64,000 nucleotides of DNA from Alphaproteobacteria bacterium (GCA_965232515.1 CBDDPY010000002.1:3232001-3296000), one strand, 5' to 3'. Positions 29,965 through 40,303 are shown, numbered from the stretch's first letter. Notes: generated by a model from the sequence alone, not told the origin. Numbers and translations: made by a program.

Positions 29965-30821
29965 GACAGCACCGGTCCGTCGCGCCAGGCCGGATCGCGG
30001 TCCAGCACCGGCAAATAATCGCGGCGTTCGTCGAGCCGCGGCAGCGAGTTGAGCAGCCCCTGGGTATAGCCATGACGTGCGTTGTGCAGATCGGCGGCCG
30101 CGCAGGATTCGACGATGCGGCCGGCATACATGATCAGCACGCGGTCGCAGAAGCCGGCGACGAGATTGAGATCGTGGCTGATAAAGATCAAGCCGTGCCC
30201 GCGCTGCGTGACAAGATCATTCAACACGTCGAGCACCTGCATGCGGACCGTCACATCGAGGGCCGAGGTCGGCTCGTCGGCGATGATCAGGTCGGGCTCG
30301 GGAATCAGCATCATGGCGATCATGATGCGCTGGCCCATGCCGCCGGAGACCTCGTGCGGATAGAGACGGTAAACGCGGCCCGGGTCGCGGATGCGGACGG
30401 CGGCCAGCATTTCGAGCGTGCGCTCCCGCGCCTCGGCCTTGGCCACCTTGTGGTGCACGCGGAAGGCTTCGGCGATCTGCTCGCCAACGCGGACCACGGG
30501 GTTCAGGGAGTATTTCGGATCCTGCATGATCATCGAGATGCCGTTGCCGCGCACGTCGCGCATGCGGGCCTCGCTGAGCGACAGCAGGTCGGTGCCCTTG
30601 AAGGCCATGCGCTTCGCCGACACCGTGGCCGACTTCGGCGTCAACCGCAGGATCGAGCGGCCGGTCATGGTCTTGCCGGAACCGGACTCGCCGACAATGC
30701 CGACCTTTTCGCGGCCGACCTCGAACGAAATGCCGCGCACGGCCTCGACGACGCCGTGATGGGTCGCGATGCGGACCCAGAGGTCGTCGACGCTGAGAAT
30801 GGGTTCGGCAGCCGATGTCAT
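29961..30821 (-). CDS. Peptide ABC ATP-binding protein, DppD-like
   Basis: GESGSGKT, YPHEVSGGMGQR, ADEPTSALD; start MTSAAEP (ATGA overlap). Confidence 0.9.
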   Translation of the reverse strand: MTSAAEPILSVDDLWVRIATHHGVVEAVRGISFEVGREKVGIVGESGSGKTMTGRSILRLTPKSATVSAKRMAFKGTDLLSLSEARMRDVRGNGISMIMQDPKYSLNPVVRVGEQIAEAFRVHHKVAKAEARERTLEMLAAVRIRDPGRVYRLYPHEVSGGMGQRIMIAMMLIPEPDLIIADEPTSALDVTVRMQVLDVLNDLVTQRGHGLIFISHDLNLVAGFCDRVLIMYAGRIVESCAAADLHNARHGYTQGLLNSLPRLDERRDYLPVLDRDPAWRDGPVLS

Positions 30822-31747
30822 TGTTCGCGGGGGTCCAGCACGTCGCGCAGACCGTCGCCGAACAGGTTGAAGGCGAGGCTGACGGTCAGGATAGCGAGGC
30901 CCGGCATGGTCGTCAGCCACCACTGCTCGAACATGTAGAGCCGGCCGGTCGACAGCATGGCGCCCCATTCCGGCGACGGCGGCTGCGCGCCCAGGCCGAG
31001 AAAGCCGAGCCCGGCCGCCGTCAAAATAATCCCGGCCATGTTGAGGGTGATACGCACGACGACGGACGAGACGCACATCGGCGCGATATGGCGGAAGATC
31101 ACACGCCAGGCGGACGCGCCCTGGATCTCGATGGCGCTGATATAGTCGCTGGAGCGCACGGTCAGCGTCTCGGCCCGGGCGAGGCGTGCGATCGGCGGCC
31201 AAGCCGTCAGCGAGATGGCGATGATGGCGTTCTCGATGCCGGGCCCGAGTGCGGCGACGAAGGCCAGCGCCAGGATCAGGCTGGGGAACGACAGGAAGAT
31301 GTCGGTGAGCCGCATCAGGATCGTGTCGATCCAGCCGCCGAAATAGCCCGAGATGGTGCCGACCACGAGGCCGACGGGCGCCGCGATCAGCGCCACCAGC
31401 AAGACGATGTAGAGCGTGATGCGGGAGCCGTGCACGACACGGGTGAAGGTGTCGCGGCCGAGCTCGTCGGTACCGAACCAGTGATCGGCGCTGGGCGGCA
31501 GCAGGCGGATGTCGAGATTCTGCGCCGACGGCGAAGTCGGCGCGATCAGCGGCGCAAAAAGGGCGACCAGGATCAGGGCGACGATGATCGACAGGCCGAT
31601 CACCGCGAGCGGGTTCTCGATAAAGCGCAGCCAGCCGAGATAGGCGCGCTGCAGCCGCGCCTGCATGACGGTCTCGGCGACCTCGGCCATCAGCCAGGCG
31701 CGCAACCCTCTGCCGCGCTTGACCTTGATGTCGGTGCCGGTGGTCAT
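30818..31747 (-). CDS. Peptide ABC permease, DppC-like
   Basis: HWFGTDELGRD, LGFLGLG, PEWG, GDGLRD; start MTTGTD. Confidence 0.9.
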   Translation of the reverse strand: MTTGTDIKVKRGRGLRAWLMAEVAETVMQARLQRAYLGWLRFIENPLAVIGLSIIVALILVALFAPLIAPTSPSAQNLDIRLLPPSADHWFGTDELGRDTFTRVVHGSRITLYIVLLVALIAAPVGLVVGTISGYFGGWIDTILMRLTDIFLSFPSLILALAFVAALGPGIENAIIAISLTAWPPIARLARAETLTVRSSDYISAIEIQGASAWRVIFRHIAPMCVSSVVVRITLNMAGIILTAAGLGFLGLGAQPPSPEWGAMLSTGRLYMFEQWWLTTMPGLAILTVSLAFNLFGDGLRDVLDPREQ

Positions 31748-32826
31748 TTCGTCCTCGGGTCGAGCAGACGGTAGAGCAGGTCGGACAGCAGGTTGAGGGC
31801 GATGAAGATTACGCCGACGACCAGCGTGCAGCCGAGCACCGCGTTCATGTCGCCCTGCAGCAGCGCGTTCGTAAGATACTGACCGAAGCCGGGCCAGGCG
31901 AAGACCGTCTCGGTCAGCACCGCGCCTTCCAGGAGGAATCCATAAGAAAGCGCGATCACCGTAATCAGCGGCACGGCGACATTGCGGAAGGCATGGCGCC
32001 AGATCACCTGCCGGTTCGACAGGCCCTTGACGCGCGCGGTGATGACATACTCCTGATTGAGCTGCTCGAGCATGAAGCTGCGCGTCATGCGGGCGATATA
32101 GGCGAGCGCGGTGAAGCCGAGGATGCTGCCCGGCATGACGATGTGGCTGACGGCGTTCCAGAAGATGTCCCATTCGTCGGCGAGCGCCGCGTCGATCAAG
32201 ATCGAGCCGGTCACCGGCTCGACAATGTCGATATAGAAGCTGTCGACCCGGCCCGGGCCGCCGACCCAGCCGAGCATGCCGTAGAACACCAGCAAGCCCA
32301 TCAGGCCGAGCCAGAAGATCGGCGTCGAATAGCCGACCAGCCCGATGATCCGGGTGATGTGGTCGATCAGCGAATTGCGGAACACGGCAGCCAGCACGCC
32401 CATGGGAATGCCGAGGAAGACGCCGACCAGCAGGGCGACGGTGGCGAGCTCGAGGGTGGCCGGGAAGACGCGGGCGATGTCGGTGGCGACTTCCTGGCCG
32501 CTGAAGGTGCCGACGCCGAAGTCGAGACGGGCCGCGGATGAGATGTAAGTCCAGAACTGGACGTAGAGCGGCTGGTCCAGGCCGAGCTTGCGGTACATCA
32601 TCTCGTACGTGGCCTGGTCGGCCTGGTCCCCGACCACGGCCAACACGGGATCGATCGGCAGCATGCGGCCAATAAAGAAGGTCAGCGCCAGCAGTCCCAG
32701 CAGCGTGACGAAGACGGAGACGATCAGGCGTCCCGCCGCGCCCGCGCGCCCCAGCCAGACCTGCCGGCGGGCGTCGCGGTCCGCTACGGCCCCGATCGGC
32801 TCAATGTTACGATCGCTGACTGCCAT
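31744..32826 (-). CDS. Peptide ABC permease, DppB-like
   Basis: GLDQPL..Q, PATLEL, ARVKGL, RHAFRN, ETVFAWPG, LDPR. Confidence 0.9.
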   Translation of the reverse strand: MAVSDRNIEPIGAVADRDARRQVWLGRAGAAGRLIVSVFVTLLGLLALTFFIGRMLPIDPVLAVVGDQADQATYEMMYRKLGLDQPLYVQFWTYISSAARLDFGVGTFSGQEVATDIARVFPATLELATVALLVGVFLGIPMGVLAAVFRNSLIDHITRIIGLVGYSTPIFWLGLMGLLVFYGMLGWVGGPGRVDSFYIDIVEPVTGSILIDAALADEWDIFWNAVSHIVMPGSILGFTALAYIARMTRSFMLEQLNQEYVITARVKGLSNRQVIWRHAFRNVAVPLITVIALSYGFLLEGAVLTETVFAWPGFGQYLTNALLQGDMNAVLGCTLVVGVIFIALNLLSDLLYRLLDPRTK

Positions 32827-32880
32827 GGCCCTGTCCCAGCGCGGCCGCCATGCGACCGGCAGTTAAACGATAACAGATGC

Positions 32881-32912
32881 CGGCCGCGGCCCGCCAAGTT
32901 GGGCCGCGGCCG
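32881..32912 (-). terminator. GC hairpin between the dppA-like and dppB-like genes
   Basis: cggccgcggccc-N8-gggccgcggccg, perfect 12-bp stem. Confidence 0.5.
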
Positions 32913-32923
32913 TCCGACGCCGC

Positions 32924-34549
32924 CTACTCCTTGTGGGCCATGGCGTAGAACTTCTTGAAGGCGGTGATGGGCAGGCCCTTCACCTCCTTGCGCATGGCGA
33001 TGTTCTCAATCTTCTGGAACATGTAGACGAAGGGCGACTCCGCGAGCTGGACGCGCTGGATCTCGTGATACATCTTCCGGCGCTTCTCGGTGTCGGTCTC
33101 CATCTTCGCCGCCAGCACCTTCTCGTTCAGCCCCAGCGCCGCGACATCCCAGCCGACACGCCAGGCCGGGAACATGGTGCCCTTGAATTCGTCGCTGTTG
33201 TCGGGATTGAAGACGTGTCGCGAGACCATACCGTGAGCGTCGGGCACGCCGGTCGTCCAGGCGAAGATGCCGGATTCGAAATCACGGCTGCGGAACTGAC
33301 CGTAGAGCTGCGCCGCGGCCATGGGCTGGATCTCGAGCTCGATGCCGATCTTGGCGGCGTTCGCCTGAACGTGCTGGGCGATTTCCGGGAACGGGAAGAC
33401 CTGATCGATGATCAGCTTCTTCTTGAACCCGTCGGCGTAGCCGGCCTTGGCGATCAGTTCCTTCGCCTTGTCGAGGTTGAGGCTGTAGGGCTCTTCTTCC
33501 GATGGAATCGCGCCGAAGGCGCCGATCGGCACCACGCTCTGCCGGGCGACGCCGACATTGCGCATGACGGTGCTCTCGAGCTTCTTGTAGTCGACCAGCC
33601 ATTTGAAGGCTTCTCGGATGTCGCGGCTTTGCAGCACGTCGTCGCAGGTGCAGAGGCCGATATACCAGTAGGAGTGCATCGGGTTGTTGAACAGCACCAG
33701 ATCGGGGTTGCTCTCGATGGCCTCGAAGTCCGACGAGGTGATGTTGCGGGCGATGTCGATGTCGCCCTTCTCGAGCAGCAGCCGCTGGGCGCCGCCTTCC
33801 GGCACGTGCCGGACGACGATGCGCTTGATCTTCACCTCGTTGCGCCAGTAGTCGTCGTTGCGCTCGATGATGAAGACGTCGTTCGCCTTCCAGGTCTTGA
33901 CGCGATAGGGACCGACGCAGGCGGAGGTTTTCGACAGCCAGCCGTTGCCCCAGTCGCCGTCCTTCTCGTGCTTCATGATCTCCTTGCGGTCGAGCGTGAA
34001 GGCGGCGCGGCCGGTGAACACCTGAGCCAGGAAGAGCGGCGGCGCGAACGGCTCGGTCACCTTGACGACCAGCGTGTGGTCGTCGGACGCGGTCACGTTC
34101 TCGATCACGTTCTCGTCGGTGAAGCCCCATTCCTTGTGCATCACCGCGCTGTTCAGGTTGAGCTTGACGTTGCGCTGGATCGACCAGGCCGCGTCATGCG
34201 CCGTCACCGGGTTGCCGGACGGAAACTTCAGACCCTTGCGGATCTTGAACGTGTAGGTCAGGGCGTCGTCGGTGACGGACCAGCTTTCGGCGATGCCGGG
34301 GACCAGCTTCGCCGGATTCTCATAATCCTGGAACACCAGCGGATCGCAGACATTGTTCATCATCTCGTCGACAAAGGTCTCGCCGATGTCGGCCGGGTCG
34401 AGCGTGCGATAGATCGCCAGCGTCCAGCCCAGCACCAACGTGTCCTTCGGCGTTTTCGCCGGCGCCGGCGTGCTGGCCAAGGCGGTCGCCAACAGCCCCG
34501 CCGCCAGGCACGCGGATAAGACGGTCTTGCCGCGTTCGAATGTCCGCAT
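32924..34549 (-). CDS. Peptide ABC substrate-binding protein (family 5, DppA-like)
   Basis: Signal peptide, TLDP, IAESW, GLKFPSGNPVTA; AGGAGG 7 nt upstream of the ATG at 34549. Confidence 0.92.
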   Translation of the reverse strand: MRTFERGKTVLSACLAAGLLATALASTPAPAKTPKDTLVLGWTLAIYRTLDPADIGETFVDEMMNNVCDPLVFQDYENPAKLVPGIAESWSVTDDALTYTFKIRKGLKFPSGNPVTAHDAAWSIQRNVKLNLNSAVMHKEWGFTDENVIENVTASDDHTLVVKVTEPFAPPLFLAQVFTGRAAFTLDRKEIMKHEKDGDWGNGWLSKTSACVGPYRVKTWKANDVFIIERNDDYWRNEVKIKRIVVRHVPEGGAQRLLLEKGDIDIARNITSSDFEAIESNPDLVLFNNPMHSYWYIGLCTCDDVLQSRDIREAFKWLVDYKKLESTVMRNVGVARQSVVPIGAFGAIPSEEEPYSLNLDKAKELIAKAGYADGFKKKLIIDQVFPFPEIAQHVQANAAKIGIELEIQPMAAAQLYGQFRSRDFESGIFAWTTGVPDAHGMVSRHVFNPDNSDEFKGTMFPAWRVGWDVAALGLNEKVLAAKMETDTEKRRKMYHEIQRVQLAESPFVYMFQKIENIAMRKEVKGLPITAFKKFYAMAHKE

Positions 34550-34729
34550 GTTCAAGCCTCCTGTTGGTTTTCATGGATTTGCCATCGAGCGTAGAAACCG
34601 GCCGGAACAGCGTCCAATGCAAACTTGTGATTGATCGATGCAAAAGCGGTATCATCTCAGGTCAGGCGCGGCGGCTGCGCCGATACCGCGACACCGCCCG
34701 CGCTCTTCCGCTCTAGGAGGTGGGTCGCC

Positions 34730-35668
34730 ATGGACCTTCGATGGATGGAAGATTTCTGCAGCCTGTGCAGCACGGGCAACTTTCACCGCTCGTCGAAGGA
34801 GCGGAACCTGTCACAGCCGGCCTTCAGCCGGCGGATCAAGGCGCTGGAGACCTGGCTCGGCGTCGAGCTGGTCGACCGCAGTACGTTTCCGGCGCGGCTG
34901 ACCGAAGCAGGACGCGAATTCCGGCCGGTCGCCGAACAGATGGTTCATCTGGCCTATCGCACCCGCAACGAGCTCCGCGCCAGCGCCCGCAACGACGCGG
35001 CCGCCCTCAGCTTCGCCTGCCTCGACAGTCTCGCCGGCAACTATCTGCCGCGCTGGCTGCAACGGCTTGAACGCCATACCGGCTTCGTCAACAGCCGGGT
35101 GCTGACAGCCTTTGCCAGCGCCGAGGCGTTCCTTGCCGCGCTGGAGGAAGGCGCCTGCGATTTTCTGGTCTGCTACCACGACGACGGCGACGCGATCCTA
35201 ATCGATCCCGTCGATTTTCCGTCGCTGACACTCGATACCGAGATCGTGGTGCCGGTCGTTGCGGCCGATGCCGAGGTACTGGATCTGATCGAGCCGTCCG
35301 GTATGGTCGGGCAGCCGCTGCCGCTGTTGCAATACGCCGCGCACACCTATCTCGGCCGGATCGTCCGCGACCACATCAGACGCCACCATCTGGAGGCGGC
35401 ATTCGATATCGTCTACGAGTCCTCGATCGCGTCCTCGCTGAAGGAAATGGCCTTGCTCGGCTATGGCCTTGCCTGGCTGCCGAAGTCGTGCATCGAACAG
35501 AACCTGGCGGACGGATCGCTGGTACAGGTCGGCGTCGTCGGCAAGGAGATCCGGCTCGACATCAAGATCTTCCGGCACCTCGAACGGCGCGACAAACAGG
35601 TCGAGCGGTTCTGGTCGGTGCTGGAAAGCCTGGACAGCATGGACATTGTCAACGCCAAGGCCAGCTAG
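34730..35668 (+). CDS. LysR family transcriptional regulator
   Basis: HTH NFHRSSKERNLSQPAFSRRIKALE; AGGAGG RBS; divergent from the dpp operon. Confidence 0.92.
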   Translation: MDLRWMEDFCSLCSTGNFHRSSKERNLSQPAFSRRIKALETWLGVELVDRSTFPARLTEAGREFRPVAEQMVHLAYRTRNELRASARNDAAALSFACLDSLAGNYLPRWLQRLERHTGFVNSRVLTAFASAEAFLAALEEGACDFLVCYHDDGDAILIDPVDFPSLTLDTEIVVPVVAADAEVLDLIEPSGMVGQPLPLLQYAAHTYLGRIVRDHIRRHHLEAAFDIVYESSIASSLKEMALLGYGLAWLPKSCIEQNLADGSLVQVGVVGKEIRLDIKIFRHLERRDKQVERFWSVLESLDSMDIVNAKAS

Positions 35669-35678
35669 GCAGCGCCCG

Positions 35679-35801
35679 TCATAGCCCGATTGCGAGCCGC
35701 AGCACATAGGCCGCGGCGGCGAGCGTCAATACGCCGGCAATCCAGAGCCCGACAAACCAGAGCAGGCGTTTCAGAGCTTGCGGCACTGTCTGTCGCCTCA
35801 A
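35679..35801 (-). CDS. Small membrane protein (DUF2474-like) downstream of cydB
   Basis: KRLLWFVGLWIAGVLTLAAAAYVLR. Start is either the TTG overlapping the cydB stop or the GTG at 35786. Confidence 0.7.
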   Translation of the reverse strand: MRRQTVPQALKRLLWFVGLWIAGVLTLAAAAYVLRLAIGL

Positions 35802-36799
35802 TGATAGCCGTCGCCGCGGACCTTGCCGCGGAAAACCCAGTAGGCGTAGCCGGTATAGCCGAGGATGATCGGCAACAGGATCAACGCGCCGACCAACAGG
35901 AAACTGAGGCTCTCGGGCGGCGCGGCGGCCTGCCAGATAGTGATGTCGGGCGGGATAATGGCGGGAAACAGGCTGATGCCGAGCCCCAAGTAGGACAGCA
36001 GGAACAGGGCCATCGCCAGCAGAAACGGCTGCACCTCGTAGCGGCGGCGGAGCGCGCGGTAGAGGGCGAACGCCGCGGCCGCGACCAGCAGCGGCACCGG
36101 CGACAGCACGGCGATGTTGGGCCAGGAAAACCAGCGCGCCGCGATATCCGGGCTTAAAAGCGGCGTCCACAGACTGACCACGGCGACGGCGGCGACGATC
36201 GCCAGTCCCAGCCGCGACATCAGGTGGTAGCAGCGTTCCTGCAGATCGGCTTCCGTCTTCATAATCAGCCAACCCGCGCCCAGGAAGGCGTAGCCCAGCA
36301 CCAACGCCAGACCGGTGAACAGGCTGAACGGCGTCAGCCAGTCGAACCAGCCGCCGGCATAGGACCGGTCGACGACGGCGATGCCCTGAATGAAGGCGCC
36401 CAGCACGATGCCCTGGCAGAAGGTGGCGACGATGGAGCCGCCGGCAAAGGCGACATTCCAGATCGGCTTGTGCGCCGGGTCCTTGAAGCGGAACTCGAAG
36501 GCAACGCCGCGGAAAATGAGCGCCAGCAACATGGCGATCAGCGGCGCGTAGAGCGCCGTCATGATCACGGAATAGGCCAGCGGAAACACCGCGAACAATC
36601 CGCCGCCGCCCAGCACCAGCCAGGTCTCGTTGCCGTCCCAGACCGGGGCGACGGAGTTCATCATGTCGTCGCGCTGGCGTTCGCCGCGCACGAACGGGAA
36701 CAGGATGCCGATGCCCAGGTCGAACCCGTCCATCAGCACATACATCAGGACGGCAAGCGCGATCAGCAGGGCCCAGATCAGCGGCAGGTCGAGCGGCAT
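35798..36799 (-). CDS. cydB: Cytochrome bd ubiquinol oxidase subunit II
   Basis: DGFDLGIG, PVWDGNETW, RGVAFEFR, YWVFRGKV. Confidence 0.95.
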   Translation of the reverse strand: MPLDLPLIWALLIALAVLMYVLMDGFDLGIGILFPFVRGERQRDDMMNSVAPVWDGNETWLVLGGGGLFAVFPLAYSVIMTALYAPLIAMLLALIFRGVAFEFRFKDPAHKPIWNVAFAGGSIVATFCQGIVLGAFIQGIAVVDRSYAGGWFDWLTPFSLFTGLALVLGYAFLGAGWLIMKTEADLQERCYHLMSRLGLAIVAAVAVVSLWTPLLSPDIAARWFSWPNIAVLSPVPLLVAAAAFALYRALRRRYEVQPFLLAMALFLLSYLGLGISLFPAIIPPDITIWQAAAPPESLSFLLVGALILLPIILGYTGYAYWVFRGKVRGDGYH

Positions 36800-36812
36800 G
36801 ACGAATCCTCCC

Positions 36813-38207
36813 CTAGTGCGCCGGCCGGATCGCCTGGGCCGGCGTGACGCCGGCGGCGCGTTCCGGCACGCCGGGCGCCGGGCCGGCCTCGGCTGATGTC
36901 GGCGGTTGCCGCATCAGCCGCAGCAGGTAGTAGATGCCGGCGCCGAAAACCAGGAAATAGACGATTACGAACATCAGCAGCGAGGTGGCGACCGCCGGCG
37001 CGGCGATGGGCGAAACGCCGTCGACCGTGCGCATCAGGCCATAGACGACATAGGGCTGGCGGCCGACCTCGGTGGTCACCCATCCGGCGATCACGGCGAC
37101 GAGGCCGCTCGGCGCCATGAGCATCAAGGCACGGTGGAACCAGACGCTGTCATAGAGCCGGCCCCGCCAGCGCAGCCATAACCCGGCAAGGCCGGCGGCG
37201 ATCATCAACAGACCGATGCCGACCATGATCCGGAAGCTCCAGAACACCAGGGCCGCGTTCGGCCGCTCGTCGGGCGGCCAGGCTTTCAGCCCCTTGACCA
37301 CGCCGTCCATGTCATGGGTCAGGATCAGGCTGCCGAGCTTGGGGATCGCCAGCTCGAACCGGTTCGCCTCGGCCTCCATGTCGGGCAGCGCGAAGAGCAC
37401 CAGCGGCGCGCCTGCCCTGGTTTCCCAGTGGCCCTCCATGGCGGCGATCTTGGCCGGCTGATGCTGAAGCGTGTTGAGGCCGTGCAGGTCGCCGGCGACC
37501 AGTTGGACCGGCGCGACGAGCGCCGCCATCCACATGGCCATGGAGAACATGATGCGCGCGGCCTCGTTGCCGCGATCGCGCAACAGGTGATAGGCGCCGA
37601 CGCCACCGACGATGAAGGCGGTCGTGAGATACGCGGCCAGCACCATGTGCACCAGGCGATAAGGAAACGAAGGATTGAAGATCACCGCCCACCAGTCGAC
37701 CGGCACGAACTGGCCGTCGACGAAGCCATGGCCCGTCGGCGTCTGCATCCAGCTGTTGGCGGACAGTATCCAAAAGGCCGAGAACAGCGTGCCGAGCGCG
37801 ACCATGGCCGTGGCGAAGAAATGCAGACCCTTGCCGACCCGGTTCATGCCGAACAGCATGACGCCCAGGAAGCCAGCCTCCAGGAAAAACGCGCTCAGTA
37901 CCTCATAGCCCATCAACGGGCCGAGGATTGGACCCGTGGCGTCGGCGAACGGCCCCCAATTGGTGCCGAACTGGTAGCTCATGACGATACCGGAGACGAC
38001 GCCCATGCCGAAGCTGAGCGCGAAGATCTTCGACCAGTATTTGTAGAGCCGCAGATAGACGTCGCGTTTGCGCCAGAGCCACAAACCCTCGAGCACGAAC
38101 AGATAGCTGGCGAGCCCGATCGTGAAGGACGGAAAGACAATGTGGAAGGCGACGGTAAAGGCGAACTGGAACCGGGCCAGCAGGACCGCGTCGAACAGAT
38201 CCGGCAT
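36813..38207 (-). CDS. cydA: Cytochrome bd ubiquinol oxidase subunit I (short Q-loop, CIO-like)
   Basis: ARFQFA...FHIVFP, FFLEA, NSWMQTP, QPAKIAAMEG, EVGRQP. Confidence 0.95.
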   Translation of the reverse strand: MPDLFDAVLLARFQFAFTVAFHIVFPSFTIGLASYLFVLEGLWLWRKRDVYLRLYKYWSKIFALSFGMGVVSGIVMSYQFGTNWGPFADATGPILGPLMGYEVLSAFFLEAGFLGVMLFGMNRVGKGLHFFATAMVALGTLFSAFWILSANSWMQTPTGHGFVDGQFVPVDWWAVIFNPSFPYRLVHMVLAAYLTTAFIVGGVGAYHLLRDRGNEAARIMFSMAMWMAALVAPVQLVAGDLHGLNTLQHQPAKIAAMEGHWETRAGAPLVLFALPDMEAEANRFELAIPKLGSLILTHDMDGVVKGLKAWPPDERPNAALVFWSFRIMVGIGLLMIAAGLAGLWLRWRGRLYDSVWFHRALMLMAPSGLVAVIAGWVTTEVGRQPYVVYGLMRTVDGVSPIAAPAVATSLLMFVIVYFLVFGAGIYYLLRLMRQPPTSAEAGPAPGVPERAAGVTPAQAIRPAH

Positions 38208-38400
38208 GCGCTACTCCTCGAGCCGACACGCCTCCCCGAACGCCAGTTTGCCGCGGCCTCCCCTGCCGCTGCCGCCCTTGCGGGCGGCTTTCGCAAAAAG
38301 CTATCTAGTCCTTCCCAACCACTTTGTCTCGGTTAACGGTCGCGACCAACTGTCTCACCGGGGCAATCGGCCGCACCCGGAAAACAAACGCCGACGGCAC

Positions 38401-38937
38401 CTATTTGGGAATCGGCTTGCCGTCGAAGAAAGCCAGGCTGCCGGCGTGCCAGGCCGGCCGCGACGGGCTCGTGTTATCACGCAGACGGGACAGGTCGGTG
38501 TGGCTGAGCGCCTCGGTCAGCAGCCAGGCATGGCGTTTGGGGAAGTCGGCTCGCACAACCAGCAGCCGATCGCCGATCGGCATCAACGTGCGCAGATCGA
38601 CACGTCCGTAGGGCGCAAAGCCCTCGACGCCGTCGCGCATCGCCACGGCTTCGGCTTCAGTCAGAACGGCGGTCTCAAGCTGGTCGGTGGCGAGCAAGCT
38701 CGCCAGCCGTCCCACGTACGGCGCCCGCGCCACCCGGGCCTTCGCCGCCGGCAGATGCCGATCCAGCGCGGCGACCGTTGCCTTCGCCAGCGCGTAGCCA
38801 TGTAGATCGCCCTTGTGACAGCCGATCAGCAGGTGCTTCTTTCGGTAGACGACCCACTGGTTGTATGGCGTGTGGCCGCCGAGAATAAGCGCCGCCGCGG
38901 CCAGCCCACACCCTTGCAAAAATCGTCGGCGGATCAT
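38401..38937 (-). CDS. Hypothetical exported protein with twin-arginine-like signal
   Basis: MIRRRFL..hydrophobic stretch; start coupled to the formamidase stop (TAATG). Confidence 0.7.
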   Translation of the reverse strand: MIRRRFLQGCGLAAAALILGGHTPYNQWVVYRKKHLLIGCHKGDLHGYALAKATVAALDRHLPAAKARVARAPYVGRLASLLATDQLETAVLTEAEAVAMRDGVEGFAPYGRVDLRTLMPIGDRLLVVRADFPKRHAWLLTEALSHTDLSRLRDNTSPSRPAWHAGSLAFFDGKPIPK

Positions 38938-40181
38938 TACTCGAACACGTCCAGATTCAGTACCGCCGTCACGACATAGTTCGGCACGTCAACGACCTGG
39001 CCGACACGCAGGTCGACGGCGACGCTCGCCAAAATGTAGGCCTGCTCGCGGTCGAGGCCGTGCTCGCGCTGAATGTAGTCGATCATCTTGATCAAGGCAT
39101 CGCGGGCGGCGAGCGTCAGATCCTCCGACAGGTTCGTCAGATCGGCGATCTTCTGGCTTTCCAGATAGGCGAGCGGCGGCGGCACCTCGCCGACCGACTT
39201 CAGCGGCAGGCCGACGGTCTGATAGAACTTCGACGGCTCGATGTCCTTGATCTGGCTGCCGCCCTCGACCTCGGGGCCTTTGATGACACTGCCCTGGCCC
39301 TTGCGGATCTCGGTGGTGACGGTCACGATTGCCCCCATCTCGATCGCGGTGCCGGAGACTTCGCCGTCGCCCTGCGCGTAATGCACGTCGCCGACGAACA
39401 GGCCGCAGCCGTCGACGAAGCAGGGCAGCAGCAGCGTGGTGCCGATCTGCATTTGCTGCACGTCCATGTTGCCGCCGTTCTCGCGCGGCGGGACCGTGCG
39501 TAAACAGGAATCCTTGTGGCTGCCCTCGGGCCCGCAGACGTCGGACGGCAGTGCGCCGATCGGCTGCGGCGGCAGGGCGATGCCGCCGACGGCGGCGAGC
39601 TGGCTTTCGCGTTCCAGCCAGGCGACCACCTCCGGCTCGCCCGGCAACACGCCGACCGAACCCATGAAGGCTTCGTACGGCACCTTCACGCCCGGCATCT
39701 GATCGGACTCGGCATGCGTGCGCGAGAGGCGCCAATTGACGAGATACGGCTCGGTATAGAGGTCGCGCAGGAAGCCGAAGCCCGGCACGATCACGGTATA
39801 GCCGTACTGATCGGGCTCGATATCCATCAGCGTCACGGCCAGCACGTCGCCGCGCTCGGCGCCTTCGATGAACACCGGCCCGGTCATGGGATGCACGAGG
39901 TTGAGGTCGGCCGCGGCCAGATCGTCGGCGTTGGAATCGAGCGTCAAATCGGAATCGAGCGCATCCCGCGTGTGCAGCACGATGACGTCGCCGGGCTTCG
40001 CCCGCGCGGCGGGCGGGATCGCCGGGTGGTAGCGATTGAAGCAGTTGGAATCGTTAACGCAGTGATCGCCCTGCTTCTCGATCACAACCCGATCCTGCCA
40101 AGTGACGTCGGTGGTGTCGGCAATCGCGCCGCCAATCGGCAACAACATCAACAGACCGCCAATCGGAAATAGCCGCCTCAT
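38937..40181 (-). CDS. Acetamidase/formamidase (FmdA/AmdA) family protein with signal peptide
   Basis: NRYHP, HPMTGPV, PPRENGGNMD, GDVHYAQGDGEVSGTAIE, QVVDVPN; GGGAGG RBS before MRRLFP. Confidence 0.92.
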   Translation of the reverse strand: MRRLFPIGGLLMLLPIGGAIADTTDVTWQDRVVIEKQGDHCVNDSNCFNRYHPAIPPAARAKPGDVIVLHTRDALDSDLTLDSNADDLAAADLNLVHPMTGPVFIEGAERGDVLAVTLMDIEPDQYGYTVIVPGFGFLRDLYTEPYLVNWRLSRTHAESDQMPGVKVPYEAFMGSVGVLPGEPEVVAWLERESQLAAVGGIALPPQPIGALPSDVCGPEGSHKDSCLRTVPPRENGGNMDVQQMQIGTTLLLPCFVDGCGLFVGDVHYAQGDGEVSGTAIEMGAIVTVTTEIRKGQGSVIKGPEVEGGSQIKDIEPSKFYQTVGLPLKSVGEVPPPLAYLESQKIADLTNLSEDLTLAARDALIKMIDYIQREHGLDREQAYILASVAVDLRVGQVVDVPNYVVTAVLNLDVFE

Positions 40182-40303
40182 CGTGACCTCCCATTTTCGC
40201 TTCTTCGTTGTCACCGCGGCCTTCTAATTATGCCCGGTCGGGCGCGCGATGATCCCCAAACCGAAAACGCTAGCAAGCGGGACCGTCCCGAACAAGCGAG
40301 GCG

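Noticed and set aside
38208-38400. RegA or FNR sites upstream of cydA
   Set aside because: No TTGAT-N4-ATCAA box is present, and GC-rich RegA-like matches cannot be told from background.
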